Made by a program: the position numbers and the translations under genes | The notes under the pieces: model-generated | Seen by the model: the letters and a program-made list of their open reading frames with translations, nothing else | The model's database searches: none | Told to the model about the DNA's origin: nothing | Shown: positions 38,584 to 49,365 of the stretch, piece by piece | Numbering within the stretch: position 1 is the stretch's first letter | Layout: each line of letters starts with the position of its first letter | From: Spirochaetota bacterium | GTDB lineage: Bacteria; Spirochaetota; UBA4802; JAFGJZ01 | Length of the DNA: 64,000 nucleotides | NCBI GenBank assembly: GCA_016928815.1 | Contig: JAFGJZ010000192.1 | Location: forward strand, 4,407 to 68,406 | Direction: 5' to 3'

Positions 38584-40086
38584 ATGAAAAAAGCAAAATG
38601 TATTGTTGATAAAAATCATTCTATAGCAAAAGCAGAGCCGGAGTTATTCGGCTCTTTTATTGAGCATCTGGGCAGAGCCGTATACGGCGGAATATATGAA
38701 CCTGAACATCCTCTCGCGGATGAGGACGGATTCAGAAAGGACGTTATAGATGCGGTTCATAAACTGAATGTTCCAGTCATCAGGTATCCCGGAGGTAATT
38801 TTCTTTCGGGATATAACTGGACTGACGGAATAGGTCCGAAGGAAAAACGCCCCCGGAGGCTTGAACTTGCATGGCACAGCATTGAAACAAATGCAATCGG
38901 TATTGATGAATTCGTAAAATGGGCCGCAAAAGCAAATTCAAAAGTAATGGGTGCCGTTAATTTAGGAACCGGAACTCCTCAGGAAGCAGCCAATCTCGTT
39001 GAATACTGCAATCATCCGGGAGGAACTTACTGGAGCGATTTAAGAATACAGAACGGATCCAAAGATCCGTATGATATAAAAATCTGGTGTCTCGGTAATG
39101 AAATGGACGGAGACTGGCAGATGGGGCAGTTATCTTCCGCTGATTACGCGAAAAAAGCGAAAGAAGCCGCAAAAATGATGCGTCTTGTCGATCCTGAAAT
39201 TAAACTTGTTGCATGCGGCAGTTCGGGGCCCGGAATGGCTACATATCCGGAATGGGACAGGGTTATACTTGAGTCACTTTATGAACAGGTGGATTTTCTT
39301 TCTCTGCATCAGTATTTTGAATACAAGGGTGATGTTCAGGAATTTATAGCTTCATTTTATGAAATGGATCAGTTCATCAAAACGGTCTCTGCAGTAACTG
39401 ATTATGTAAAAACCAAAACACGCAGCAAAAAAAACATGTATCTGTCCTTTGATGAATGGAACATATGGTATATGTCCCAGCAGCAGAAACATGACTGGCT
39501 TGAAGCTCCGGAAATTCTTGAAAACCGCTATACACTGCTGGATGCCTTAACCGTAGGCGGAATGATATGTTCATTACTGAATAATTCTGACAGGGTTAAA
39601 ATGGCCTGTCTTGCCCAGCTTATAAATGTTATCGCCCCGATTGTTACGGAAAAGAACGGCGGAATTTTCATTCAGCCCATATATTATCCGTTTTTTCAGG
39701 CGTCAGTTCATGCCTCAGGCGGAACAGTGCTTAAGTCGCTATCCACTATTCCTGAAATTGAAATTGAAAAATACGGTAAGGTTCCGGTTATTCAGAATTC
39801 AGTCATATATGACCGGGAAAAGAAGAAGCTTACAGTTCTTGCTCTTAACTGTGATCAGAAAGATACGGTTTCATTTGAGATTGATGCGCGGTCTTTCGGA
39901 AAAACGGTTCCTGTCGAACATCTGTGTCTGAAAGGAGATGATCTTTTTGCGCAGAACAGTTTTGAAAAACCTGAAAATGTTGTTCCATGCAATTTGGATA
40001 TTTCCGGGATTGAAAACAATTCAGGACATATTACAATTAATCTGCAGCCTTTGTCATGGAATGTCGTTATTTTTTCAACTGATTGA
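38584..40086 (+). CDS. abfA: Alpha-L-arabinofuranosidase, glycoside hydrolase family 51
   Basis: 500 aa; near-collinear match to Geobacillus AbfA: GSFIEHLGRAVYGGIYEPEHP, IRYPGGNFLSGYNWTDGIGP, CLGNEMDGDWQMG. Confidence 0.9.
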   Translation: MKKAKCIVDKNHSIAKAEPELFGSFIEHLGRAVYGGIYEPEHPLADEDGFRKDVIDAVHKLNVPVIRYPGGNFLSGYNWTDGIGPKEKRPRRLELAWHSIETNAIGIDEFVKWAAKANSKVMGAVNLGTGTPQEAANLVEYCNHPGGTYWSDLRIQNGSKDPYDIKIWCLGNEMDGDWQMGQLSSADYAKKAKEAAKMMRLVDPEIKLVACGSSGPGMATYPEWDRVILESLYEQVDFLSLHQYFEYKGDVQEFIASFYEMDQFIKTVSAVTDYVKTKTRSKKNMYLSFDEWNIWYMSQQQKHDWLEAPEILENRYTLLDALTVGGMICSLLNNSDRVKMACLAQLINVIAPIVTEKNGGIFIQPIYYPFFQASVHASGGTVLKSLSTIPEIEIEKYGKVPVIQNSVIYDREKKKLTVLALNCDQKDTVSFEIDARSFGKTVPVEHLCLKGDDLFAQNSFEKPENVVPCNLDISGIENNSGHITINLQPLSWNVVIFSTD

Positions 40087-40461
40087 AAGCAGCATTTAAT
40101 CCGGAAAATTCCATTTTTCCGGCGGAAATAAAATTACGCTTAATACTGCAGCTTATGCCGGGCATTTTACCCGGCTTTTTAATATCAGCTTGAAAGTTAT
40201 GATAATTCATCTTCCATGACTGGTTAATGGTCTTCGCTTTACCCGCTTATTTCTTCCAGATTACTTTCTCCATTGGAAATGATGGAATATACAGTCTAAA
40301 TTTCAAATCAATAATTGAAGCAGAAGGTGAAATTTTCGTAAGATTTGATTTTTTTACGAAAAAAGTCAAATAAACCGCCCTGAAAGTTTCATTTTAATCA
40401 AGAAAGAATTTTTTTTGTATTATAAATTATCTTTTAAATATATAATGAAAAGAGGATAATT

Positions 40462-40935
40462 ATGGAATTAACGGAAATCGGTAAAATTAATCAGCAGGAT
40501 GGACTTTTCAGTATTCAGCTTCATGAGAAATATAAAAAAGGACTGACAAATATTGAAGGGTTTTCTCTGTTAAATATTTTATGGTGGGCGGATCAGACTG
40601 AAGATGAAGCATATGGAAGTGATTATGTAATCAGGAAACCTTATGTAAAAGGTCCGGAGTCTATTGGTGTTTTTGCAACACGGTCGCAAATCCGGCCGAA
40701 CCCTGTCTGCATAACACCGGTTTCTGTCTTCAAAATTGATCAGGCTGCCGGAATCATCTATACTTATTATATTGATGCATTTCCGGGATCTTCAGTTATT
40801 GACATTAAACCGTATTTGCCTTCGACAGATATTGCAAAGAATGTTTCAGTACCTGAATGGTGCAGTCATTGGCCGGACAGCATCGATTCTTCCGCGGATT
40901 TTGACTGGGAAGCTGAGTTTAATTTTCCTGTATAG
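40462..40935 (+). CDS. TsaA/TrmO-family SAM-dependent methyltransferase-like protein
   Basis: 157 aa; GVFATRSQIRPNPVCITPV and DIKPYLP motifs of UPF0066/TsaA domain. Confidence 0.7.
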   Translation: MELTEIGKINQQDGLFSIQLHEKYKKGLTNIEGFSLLNILWWADQTEDEAYGSDYVIRKPYVKGPESIGVFATRSQIRPNPVCITPVSVFKIDQAAGIIYTYYIDAFPGSSVIDIKPYLPSTDIAKNVSVPEWCSHWPDSIDSSADFDWEAEFNFPV

Positions 40936-40950
40936 TGCATAATCTGTAAT

Positions 40951-41826
40951 TTGGAGATGGAATGGATGAAGAACAAGGATATCGTTTATTCGGCTCTTGA
41001 ACTGATAGAAGAAAATTTAAAAAGCGACATTGACGTCTGTTCCGTCTCCCAGAAATTCGGATTTTCGCTTTACTATTTCAGCCGTCTTTTTAAAGGAATC
41101 ACCGGATATACTTTAAAAGATTACATCCTGCTGAGAAAAATCAGCGAATCATATAATGATCTGATTAAAACCGACAAAAAAATTATTGATATCGCATTTG
41201 AATACGGGTTTGGTACGCATGAATCCTACAGCAGGGCGTTTAACCGTATTATAGGATTGAATCCTTCCCGGGCAAGAAGGCAGGAACGGTTTTCTCCTGA
41301 GAATCTGATTTCTCCATTATCCGGGAATATTATCGAAAATAGGAGAAGAAAAACGCTTTTAGAACCTGAAAAGGTAGAGCTTGAAGAAATACAATTGATT
41401 GGCATTCCTTTTTACTTTGATCTGGCTTTGCAGAATGATTTAAGCAAACCCTGGGCTAATCTCAGTGCGAATGCATTTCTCATAGAGAACAGGCTGATTC
41501 CTGAAAAATATTACCAGCTTCAATACTGGTTTGCTGATCAGGAGCCGGATCTGTTTTATTTTTTCATAGCGGTTCAGGTTGAAAAGATAGAAAACATTCC
41601 GCTTCAATTTACAGCAAAAATTATTCCGAAACAGAAATATCTGAAGTTTCTCCATAAAGGAAGATCAAATACCGTCGGTTTAACCTATCAGTATATTTAT
41701 AACACATATCTGCCGGAGACTGATTTCCGTTTGCCGTATTTATATAATTTTGAACTATACGGTAATACCTTTCTCGGACCCTGCAATGATGACTCTGTCA
41801 GTGAAATTTACATTCCTTATGAGTGA
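40951..41826 (+). CDS. AraC-family transcriptional regulator with GyrI-like effector-binding domain
   Basis: N-terminal AraC HTH pair (VSQKFGFSLYYFSRLFK...IAFEYGFGTHESYSRAF) + C-terminal ~160-aa GyrI-like domain. Confidence 0.8.
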   Translation: MEMEWMKNKDIVYSALELIEENLKSDIDVCSVSQKFGFSLYYFSRLFKGITGYTLKDYILLRKISESYNDLIKTDKKIIDIAFEYGFGTHESYSRAFNRIIGLNPSRARRQERFSPENLISPLSGNIIENRRRKTLLEPEKVELEEIQLIGIPFYFDLALQNDLSKPWANLSANAFLIENRLIPEKYYQLQYWFADQEPDLFYFFIAVQVEKIENIPLQFTAKIIPKQKYLKFLHKGRSNTVGLTYQYIYNTYLPETDFRLPYLYNFELYGNTFLGPCNDDSVSEIYIPYE

Positions 41827-42016
41827 GTTCAAGTAGAGGAAAAACTTATCTTAATTAATTTTTTGTTTGAAAATATTTTCTTTCATTATATTTACAGAAC
41901 TGTGAAACTGCAGTGGTGTTATAAAGTTGTTTTACATGACGGACATGTCTGTAATAGAAAAGCTGCATTTACTAAGACCGATCATATGACATGATTTAAC
42001 TGAAAGGGATATTATT

Positions 42017-42418
42017 ATGAAGAAAATGGATTACATCGGATTACTGTTCAGCTTACTGCTTCTTTTATATTTAATCGCGATTGCAGTTACTTATAAAAGT
42101 GAATATGATGTATACCGGTATATAATAAATCATGCCGTTTTGGATTTAACTTTCGGAATTACCGGCATGCTCGGCATTATTGCAGGCCCGCTATTACTGA
42201 TTATTTCCTATGTTAAAAAAAGAAAATCCGGAACTGAAATTATTAAATCCATAACACCTTTAATTGCAGGTTTAATGATGTTTTTAATTATGTCAGCAGT
42301 CTGGGTAATATTTTTTAAACACTTTTCCCTGAGACTGTTTTGGATTCCCGGATTATATTTAATCCTCTGTTTGATTACTGTATTTTACACCAAAAACATG
42401 CGTAAAAAATCTGAATAG
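42017..42418 (+). CDS. Hypothetical membrane protein (4 TM)
   Basis: 133 aa, hydrophobic helices, basic C-terminus. Confidence 0.45.
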   Translation: MKKMDYIGLLFSLLLLLYLIAIAVTYKSEYDVYRYIINHAVLDLTFGITGMLGIIAGPLLLIISYVKKRKSGTEIIKSITPLIAGLMMFLIMSAVWVIFFKHFSLRLFWIPGLYLILCLITVFYTKNMRKKSE

Positions 42419-42799
42419 GTTTATTATCAGTTATTTAATATATTTTCTCAAATAGAATCATCGGAAGGATTTTAGGAAATTAAATTCATACTTCCATACA
42501 AATTTACCGGCAGAACCGACTCAACCCGGATACTGCCTTTAAATCTGCCTGCAGGCTTCAGCCCAGCGTTGATCATCAGACATTGGACTCATTTTTTTAT
42601 AAACTTGACATTTCATAAAATTGCTGTATTTATTAAACAGAATTAGAACTGTCTGAATTCTGAACATATGAAGTTAAGTTCAATATTTTCTGCCGGGCTT
42701 TATTTGAAGGCGTTTGACCACAGTCCATAGCGGGCGGAAGAAAGTGAAAAGAATAAATGTTTATATGTTTGATATACCTGAAAGAAACCGGATGTATAA

Positions 42800-43276
42800 A
42801 TGACTGGAAATTTAAAACTTGATAAAATCCTTTGGCAAGCGGCAGATAAAATTCACAAAAATATGGATGCGGCTGAATATATGCATGTTGTATTAGGTTT
42901 AATATTCCTGAAATATATACCAGATGCTTTTGGAGACTTATATCAAAAATTGGAAACTGCAAAACAGGAAACCGGTGCAGACCCGGAAGACAAAGATGAA
43001 TACACGGCGGAACGGGTTTTGTATGGTCCACAACAGGTTTGCTGGAAATGGCTGCAAGGCAGAGCCAATCTGTCAACTATCGGCAAAGGCATTCGTTCCT
43101 TAAAAGGGGTATTGCCTAAAGATTATGCCCGTCCTTCACCCGACAAACAAAGGTTTGACGTACTGATTAATCGTAAGCAAAAGTTTACAGCAATGCTTTC
43201 CGAACAAATGCAAAAAGCGAATGAACTGGATGATTCAATAAAAAAGAACTTGGCGAAAACCGGCTATGAAATCTGA
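42800..43276 (+). pseudogene. hsdM: Type I restriction-modification HsdM remnant (N-terminal domain fused to C-terminal tail; methyltransferase core deleted)
   Basis: [34 protein letters not shown] and [12 protein letters not shown]...DKQR match the HsdM N-domain. The ORF ends after only 158 aa with a coiled-coil-like tail ([17 protein letters not shown]). The catalytic N6-MTase domain is absent. Confidence 0.6.
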
Positions 43277-44195
43277 CAGTAAAATATCCATACGCTTTTT
43301 TGACGACCGTGAGGTTCGGGCACTCTGGGATGAAGAAAAGTCCAAATGGTGGTTTTCCGTATTGGACATAGTGGCAGTGCTTCGGGACCAGAGTGATTAT
43401 AATAAAAACCGCAACTACTGGAAATACCTTAAAGCAAAACTGAAGCAGGAAAACAGGCAGTTGGTTAGCGCCACTACCCAACTGAAACTCACCGCTGCAG
43501 ATGGTAAAAAATACAAATCCGATATGCTCGATTACGAAGGTATTATTGCTTTGGGTAAAGAATTTCCAAGTAAAAAAGCCAACCGTTTTATTGAATGGTT
43601 TACCTATAGTGATGAGACTATTGATGGTAAAAGCAAAACCAAAGCCTATGCATTTTTTGAAAGTTCATTTATTGACAGTATAGAAGTGGGTACTACAAGA
43701 GGATTGCAGCAGATACACGCCTATTTGTTTGGAGGACTCTATGACTTTGCAGGGCAAATCCGGCAGAAGAATATATCTAAAGGGGGATTTCGTTTTGCCA
43801 TGGTACAACACCTTGAGCAGACCCTGCAACAGATTGACCAAATGCCTGAAACCACTTTTCAGGAAATAACTGATAAATATGTGGAGATGAACATCGCCCA
43901 CCCTTTTATGGAAGGTAATGGCAGAAGCACACGAATTTGGCTCGATATGATACTGAAAAAACGGTTGAAGCGCTGTGTGGACTGGAGCCGTATTAGTAAA
44001 AACGACTACATGGACGCCATGGTACAAAGCCCGGTGAATAGCACACCGCTAAAAACTCTTATTAAAAATGCCCTGACAGACGAAATAGACAGCCGGGAAA
44101 TGTATATGAAGGGCATTGATTATTCTTATTATTATGAAGAGAGTCAGAATCATGATTCGGTTGAGTTTCCTGATAATCAGGGTGCAGATGTATGA
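43266..44195 (+). CDS. Fic-family protein with N-terminal Bro-N/RhuM-like DNA-binding domain
   Basis: Fic motif [14 protein letters not shown]; N-terminal [29 protein letters not shown]; start overlaps hsdM-remnant stop. Confidence 0.85.
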   Translation: MKSDSKISIRFFDDREVRALWDEEKSKWWFSVLDIVAVLRDQSDYNKNRNYWKYLKAKLKQENRQLVSATTQLKLTAADGKKYKSDMLDYEGIIALGKEFPSKKANRFIEWFTYSDETIDGKSKTKAYAFFESSFIDSIEVGTTRGLQQIHAYLFGGLYDFAGQIRQKNISKGGFRFAMVQHLEQTLQQIDQMPETTFQEITDKYVEMNIAHPFMEGNGRSTRIWLDMILKKRLKRCVDWSRISKNDYMDAMVQSPVNSTPLKTLIKNALTDEIDSREMYMKGIDYSYYYEESQNHDSVEFPDNQGADV

Positions 44196-44245
44196 GCGAT
44201 TGGGAAACATATATGTTGGGGGATTTAATAACTCCCGTTCGTTAA
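44192..44245 (+). pseudogene. hsdS: hsdS 5' stub (17 codons) overlapping fic stop
   Basis: [17 protein letters not shown] resembles conserved HsdS N-terminus (W-x-x-x-LGD); ATGA overlap with fic as in intact hsdM-x-hsdS operons. Confidence 0.4.
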
Positions 44246-44570
44246 GTGACATATAAAAACTGCAGTATGGAAATTTCATGAGCTGGAATATATTCTTTTC
44301 ATCATATGCTCAAGTTTCCGCGGCAATTGTTGGGATAATCTCTGGTCTGTCTAAAAGCTTTGATGAGTAAATAATTTTAGGGTGCTTTTTATTGCAGGAT
44401 AAATTTTTGATGAGTTTTATCAGGCGCTATCCGGATTTTTTGAAATTATAGTTGATTTTTTTTGGTGAGTTTGCAGTATTATTGCTGTAGTAGGAATTAT
44501 AGTTTTTACAATAAATTGTAACCTCAAAATATGCAAATCGAAATTAATACTCAACTTTAAGGAAATATTT

Positions 44571-45122
44571 ATGGAATATTTTATAATGGATGAAGTTGCA
44601 GGTAATCCTTATATTCCTTACATTGGTGATCTGCCAGAAGAGTTAGATATGATAGATGTAGCTATCGGAAAAAAAGTTGATATCAACGATGTCCCAATTC
44701 AATTACCTGTAAGCATTGGAGACGTATCAGAAGTTGAATACCCTGACTTATTAACTGGAAATGTCCCATTGTTTTCTGAGAAACTGAAGTTCGCTTTAGA
44801 TGAAACTGGAATTGATAATATCGATTATTTTCAAGTTGATCTTATCAACGAAGAAGATGGGAAAACTGTTGCTAAATATTATCTTGGAATTGTTATTGGA
44901 TTGATAAAATGTCTAAAAAGTGGTTTAACGTCAAGCCCTGCGGGCAGAGACATTTTAAAGAACCCGGTAATAGATTTTTCCCTTGTTCGCGGTCAAAAAC
45001 TTTTTCGACTTGCGGAATCGCCATTATTAATTATTGTTGATTCGAGCGTAAAAGATGCTCTTTCAAAGATTAATCTTCAAGGTGTCTCACTGCTTCGATT
45101 GAAGGATTATGAAAGTTTTTAG
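44571..45122 (+). CDS. Paralog-family protein 4
   Basis: 183 aa; MEYFIMDE start, GIDNIDYF, IVIGLI, KLFRLAES, SVKDAL motifs shared with 6462/7058/8210 genes. Confidence 0.7.
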   Translation: MEYFIMDEVAGNPYIPYIGDLPEELDMIDVAIGKKVDINDVPIQLPVSIGDVSEVEYPDLLTGNVPLFSEKLKFALDETGIDNIDYFQVDLINEEDGKTVAKYYLGIVIGLIKCLKSGLTSSPAGRDILKNPVIDFSLVRGQKLFRLAESPLLIIVDSSVKDALSKINLQGVSLLRLKDYESF

Positions 45123-45286
45123 GATTCGAAAACATTTTTTGACATCCAAACATTTTATGTTCAATCTTTCAAAAACATGAACTTTAATAATAGATCCGGG
45201 AATTCATTTCCCAACCCATTAGCAAAAGAAGGAAAACAGCACGTTAAATTTGTTTATATTCTTTGCAATTTTATTGGAGATTTTTT

Positions 45287-45835
45287 ATGTACTGGGTCAT
45301 AGAAGCAGATTTACAGGTTAAAGGTTTAGCATCTATCATGGACTTACCGGATGACATTGAAGGCATGGAATGGATGTGTGGTAAAGAAATGCCTGATCGA
45401 AAACAACCAATATCACTTAATTTAAACCGTGGAAGCGGTTCTTTTCGCGGTGATATAATGGGTGGAATTTTACCATTATACTCAGATGACCTTAGAGATC
45501 TGTTTAATGAATATGGCATAAATAATATACAATATTTTCCTGTGGATATAACTGATACAATTCTGAATGAAGTTGAATATGGTTATTCATTGGTAAATAT
45601 AATAGGGTTAATTTCCTGCGTAAAAAATTATGATTTTAATTTATCTCCGCTTGCACGTCCTTCAAGTCTTGAAAAATTTTCAATTGATCCAGCCAAGACT
45701 TTTAATCTTCCAATTTTTCGTCTTTTTGAATCTCGTCGTTTAATAGTAATAAATGACGACTTGCGGAATTATTTATCTGATAAAGGACTTGCGGGTGTAA
45801 GAATAACAAAGACTGAAGAATATACTGTCTGGTAA
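45287..45835 (+). CDS. Paralog-family protein 5
   Basis: ORF extends to 45263 but family alignment supports the MYWVIEAD start (45287); GINNIQYF, NIIGLI, IFRLFESRRLIVIND motifs. Confidence 0.7.
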   Translation: MYWVIEADLQVKGLASIMDLPDDIEGMEWMCGKEMPDRKQPISLNLNRGSGSFRGDIMGGILPLYSDDLRDLFNEYGINNIQYFPVDITDTILNEVEYGYSLVNIIGLISCVKNYDFNLSPLARPSSLEKFSIDPAKTFNLPIFRLFESRRLIVINDDLRNYLSDKGLAGVRITKTEEYTVW

Positions 45836-46011
45836 AGAATAGAAATATTCCTCAAAATTATTTGCAATTGGATACACTTCAATTGCTGCCCTAACAAATC
45901 TGTTATGCAGAAAACAGCAGATTGAGGACAAAGTGAAAAATTCAAACTGTATCTTTCGTATGGAATTAAACAATACGCTTAACATTGCTTTTTACGAAAC
46001 CAGGCTGTTTG

Positions 46012-47133
46012 TTATTTATCTGCCATTGCGAGGGATCTGATCACTTTCAGATATTCGCCATTCCTGTCACCTTTGGTCGGGGCGATCCAGGCTCCTTCTC
46101 CGTATTCGTTCCAGGCACAGATTAATATTACATGTTCATCCGGCGTCTGTTCGGGATGTGTTTTAATCCAGCTTACTGCTTTTTCCAGAAACTGCCGGAA
46201 TAAAGCAGGCGTTCTTCCTGTGTAATACCAGCCTTCCCTTTTATTAAAAAGCCCGTTTGGTCCTTCCCACGGTCTTTTATCAAACCCGGCTGTCACCACC
46301 GGAATATACGGCTGCTCGCTGCTGCCCCGCCATTCATTTTCAGCTGCGGTAATCAGTTCCGCATAAGAATGTTTTTCGGCACCGTCTTCATATCCGTAAG
46401 ATATCATATAATGAGTTCTGTATTGATACCCCTGTTCAGGAGTTCCATACCAGTTGCAGGCAATTGCAAGTCCGGGGAGACCGGCATCACGGGCTGCTTT
46501 CTGCATTCTGTCAAAACCGGCCTTGTCACCTCCGGCACCGTTGAATATGATAACAAGCGGTTTGCCGTTGATTTTCAGATACTGCTCGTGAGTCAGGTAC
46601 GGCATCAGATATTGTGCTGCAGCTTCCCAGTTTTCCGGTCCTGTAATTTCAAACCAGTCATGATTTGCTATCATCAGACAGAACTGCATTCTTTTGCTGT
46701 TTCCGGATTTTAAAAACAGATCCAGCCCCGTATTTTTCGGATCATCACGTATTGCATTTTCATTAATACTGCTTTTATTATCATGCCAGAACCAGCAGAA
46801 TGAAAAAAATGCCAGACCGTTATCGGCAGCGGTATCTATCTGCTGTTCCATTATCTCCAGACTGTCATCCCTCCAGCCCCATACCGGTTCGCGTTCCGGA
46901 AATTCTTCAAGCATTCTCCGTGTAAGATGCAGCGGAGCGTTTTCTGCCCAGGGCTGATCAGGATCGCCTGAAAGATTGTTTTTTCCAGCCCAGCCGTCAA
47001 AATAATATGCACCAATACACAGATCAGGGTTTCTTACCTTTTCGCTGTTTTTCCGTATTCTTCCGCTACAAAACATAATGCCGGCTAACATAACCGCTGC
47101 AAAGATGATTAGGTATTTCATGATATACTCCAC
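46012..47133 (-). CDS. Secreted glycoside hydrolase family 99-like / WbsX-like protein
   Basis: Signal peptide; C-terminal ICAWNEYGEGAWIAP resembles NEW-EG motif of WbsX/GH99-like domain; low certainty. Confidence 0.45.
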   Translation of the reverse strand: MEYIMKYLIIFAAVMLAGIMFCSGRIRKNSEKVRNPDLCIGAYYFDGWAGKNNLSGDPDQPWAENAPLHLTRRMLEEFPEREPVWGWRDDSLEIMEQQIDTAADNGLAFFSFCWFWHDNKSSINENAIRDDPKNTGLDLFLKSGNSKRMQFCLMIANHDWFEITGPENWEAAAQYLMPYLTHEQYLKINGKPLVIIFNGAGGDKAGFDRMQKAARDAGLPGLAIACNWYGTPEQGYQYRTHYMISYGYEDGAEKHSYAELITAAENEWRGSSEQPYIPVVTAGFDKRPWEGPNGLFNKREGWYYTGRTPALFRQFLEKAVSWIKTHPEQTPDEHVILICAWNEYGEGAWIAPTKGDRNGEYLKVIRSLAMADK

Positions 47134-47402
47134 AGAAACAGCATTTTTTATCAGACATGCCGGAAGTTATTTACGGCTGATATCTGTCATAATGATGAGA
47201 GTAATTCATTGTCAGTTATAGATTTCATAATGCAATAATTATGATATTCTTCTGTTATATTTTATGCAATATTGAAAAACAGGTCAAGATAATTATACGA
47301 TGTATATGCTGATGCTTTTTTAACATTTAGGAACCGGGTTCGCTCGTTGTTTAAATACAAATAAAATCCGCAATTAATTTCATGATTTTAAAGAACTGAT
47401 AA

Positions 47403-48128
47403 TTAATTCTGTTTGATTATTTCGCCAAGCGGACTGACAGCTTCATATAAATCATCAGCTGTAATAATGATTTTTTTTGATATTCTGAAATCTCCTTTTT
47501 TAAGTGCACTCGCAATCCATGTGTTGCATGTATTGAACAAATGATAACTGTAGACGGATTTGTAGAAAACCGTATTTCCGGAACCGTTTGATGAAAGTTT
47601 AATGAACATGCCTGAATTGTCATGTTTGAATGATCCGTTTATGAAACTGCATATTCTGTCAAACTGAGCGGACGACGCGGTAAAGCGAATGGAGTATATG
47701 CAGTATTTTGTGATGCTGTCTACTGACATGTCCGTACCGTGAACTCTGACAGTGCTTGAAGACGGAACGAAAAGAGCCTTTAGAGTGAGATATATCCCGC
47801 CTGTACCGGCCTGATAATAGTCGGCATCACCCCAACCGAAATCTGCATAAGCAAATTGACGGAATTCTGAAAGAACACTAATTTTTCTGATTGTTTCATC
47901 TGTAATTCTGATGACGATACCGGTATGCAGGCCGTTGTTGACGACATAGAAAGTACCGGCCTGTATGTCATCAGTATTTACATCTGCAGTTGATGAAACA
48001 GCAGAGAATATAAATAAACTCAGAAGAACGGCATATTTCAGCAGAAAACTTTTTTTTGACATAAGAAATATTAACACACGTATAAATAAAAAGCATATAA
48101 AAATTAAAAAAATAATATTTATTTTCAT
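47403..48128 (-). CDS. DUF2459-like membrane/secreted protein
   Basis: N-terminal hydrophobic segments; HTGIVI...FAYADFGWGDADYYQ core reminiscent of DUF2459/TIGR02117 family; from recollection. Confidence 0.4.
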   Translation of the reverse strand: MKINIIFLIFICFLFIRVLIFLMSKKSFLLKYAVLLSLFIFSAVSSTADVNTDDIQAGTFYVVNNGLHTGIVIRITDETIRKISVLSEFRQFAYADFGWGDADYYQAGTGGIYLTLKALFVPSSSTVRVHGTDMSVDSITKYCIYSIRFTASSAQFDRICSFINGSFKHDNSGMFIKLSSNGSGNTVFYKSVYSYHLFNTCNTWIASALKKGDFRISKKIIITADDLYEAVSPLGEIIKQN

Positions 48129-48301
48129 TACAAAAAGATGAATCAGGCATGGTGAAATAAATCCGCATTAGAAATAAATTTTAATTGATTTATAATTAAT
48201 ACAGTGATAGATTGTCTTAAGTAAAGCAATTTTACATGCAGCATTCATTTTTAAATTCATACATTAGTTAGTATTCGTAAAATTCAGTCCGGAGGCATCA
48301 T

Positions 48302-49351
48302 ATGGATGGTAATTTACTTGAGTTAATTAATGAGTATCATGAAAGAAATGAACATGCCGAAGTAATAAACAGGATTCTTTCGCTTAAAAAACAGAATCTT
48401 GACTACACGATGACTTTTTATCTCGCGAATGCATACAGCAGTGTTGATGAACATGAACATGCCGTCAGTCTTCTTTTAAAGGTAAGGCATGAAGGTGAAC
48501 AGGATCCGGAATGGCACTGCCGTCTTGCCAGAGCCTATTCAGGACTGAATAACTATGCGAAAACGGTATATCATTCCGAAGCCGCGGCCGCTCTTGATAA
48601 AAGCCGTGTCAGTGAACTGTCTGAAATACTTGCAGAGGCTTATGCAAAATCAGGATGTCTGAAAAAGGCGAAAGAACTTGTCGACAGATATGATCTGAAA
48701 ATTTTCAGTCCCGAAGTGTATACTGAAAATGAACTGAGTGCAGTCAGCCGGCATATTGAGCGTCACTTCGGAAAGGTGAGCCGGGTTCTGCACGAAGTCC
48801 TGTCTCCCGACATCAGGGTTGATATCATGGTTGTCGAACCTCAGAACGGAAGAAATTATCTGACGCTTGTTACTTCCGGAATGGGTGCGCATAAAATGAA
48901 TGTACCGCAGAATCTGCTGAACCGGAATGTTGACCGGGCGGAATTAATAATGTGTCTTCCTCCTGAATGGGATATCGGTAGCATCAGCGGAAACTGGTTC
49001 TGGCCGCTACTGTGGATGAAGATAATGGCCAGACTTCCGATTAAAGAAGACAGCTGGCTGGGGTGGGGGCATACTGTTCCGAACAGCTGTGCGTTTGCCG
49101 ATAATACATGTTTATCCGGAATATTTCTTGATCATCCCCATAGTTCCGGTGAGGAATCATTTGCCTGTAAACTGAATACGGGAGAAGCGGTTAATTTTTA
49201 TCAGATGATTCCGCTGTATGACGAGGAAATGGAATATAAAATCATGTACGGAACATCCGCGCTTCTCGGTCTTGTAAACGGTAATTTCCCGGAGATAGTG
49301 GATGTCCGCCGGAAAAATTTCTGCAGCGGAAACACGGATATAATACATTGA
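48302..49351 (+). CDS. TPR-like N-terminus + SUFU-like (suppressor-of-fused) domain protein
   Basis: C-terminal half (LVTSGMGAHKM...ELIMCLPPEWD...WPLLWMK...WLGWGHTV...FLDHP...GEAVNFYQMIPLYDEE) fits bacterial SUFU-family architecture; cytoplasmic. Confidence 0.55.
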   Translation: MDGNLLELINEYHERNEHAEVINRILSLKKQNLDYTMTFYLANAYSSVDEHEHAVSLLLKVRHEGEQDPEWHCRLARAYSGLNNYAKTVYHSEAAAALDKSRVSELSEILAEAYAKSGCLKKAKELVDRYDLKIFSPEVYTENELSAVSRHIERHFGKVSRVLHEVLSPDIRVDIMVVEPQNGRNYLTLVTSGMGAHKMNVPQNLLNRNVDRAELIMCLPPEWDIGSISGNWFWPLLWMKIMARLPIKEDSWLGWGHTVPNSCAFADNTCLSGIFLDHPHSSGEESFACKLNTGEAVNFYQMIPLYDEEMEYKIMYGTSALLGLVNGNFPEIVDVRRKNFCSGNTDIIH

Positions 49352-49365
49352 GGGAAATTTGAATT

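Noticed and set aside
42633-43076. 147-aa minus-strand ORF
   Set aside because: Antisense to the HsdM N-terminal domain, whose homology is clear; spurious.
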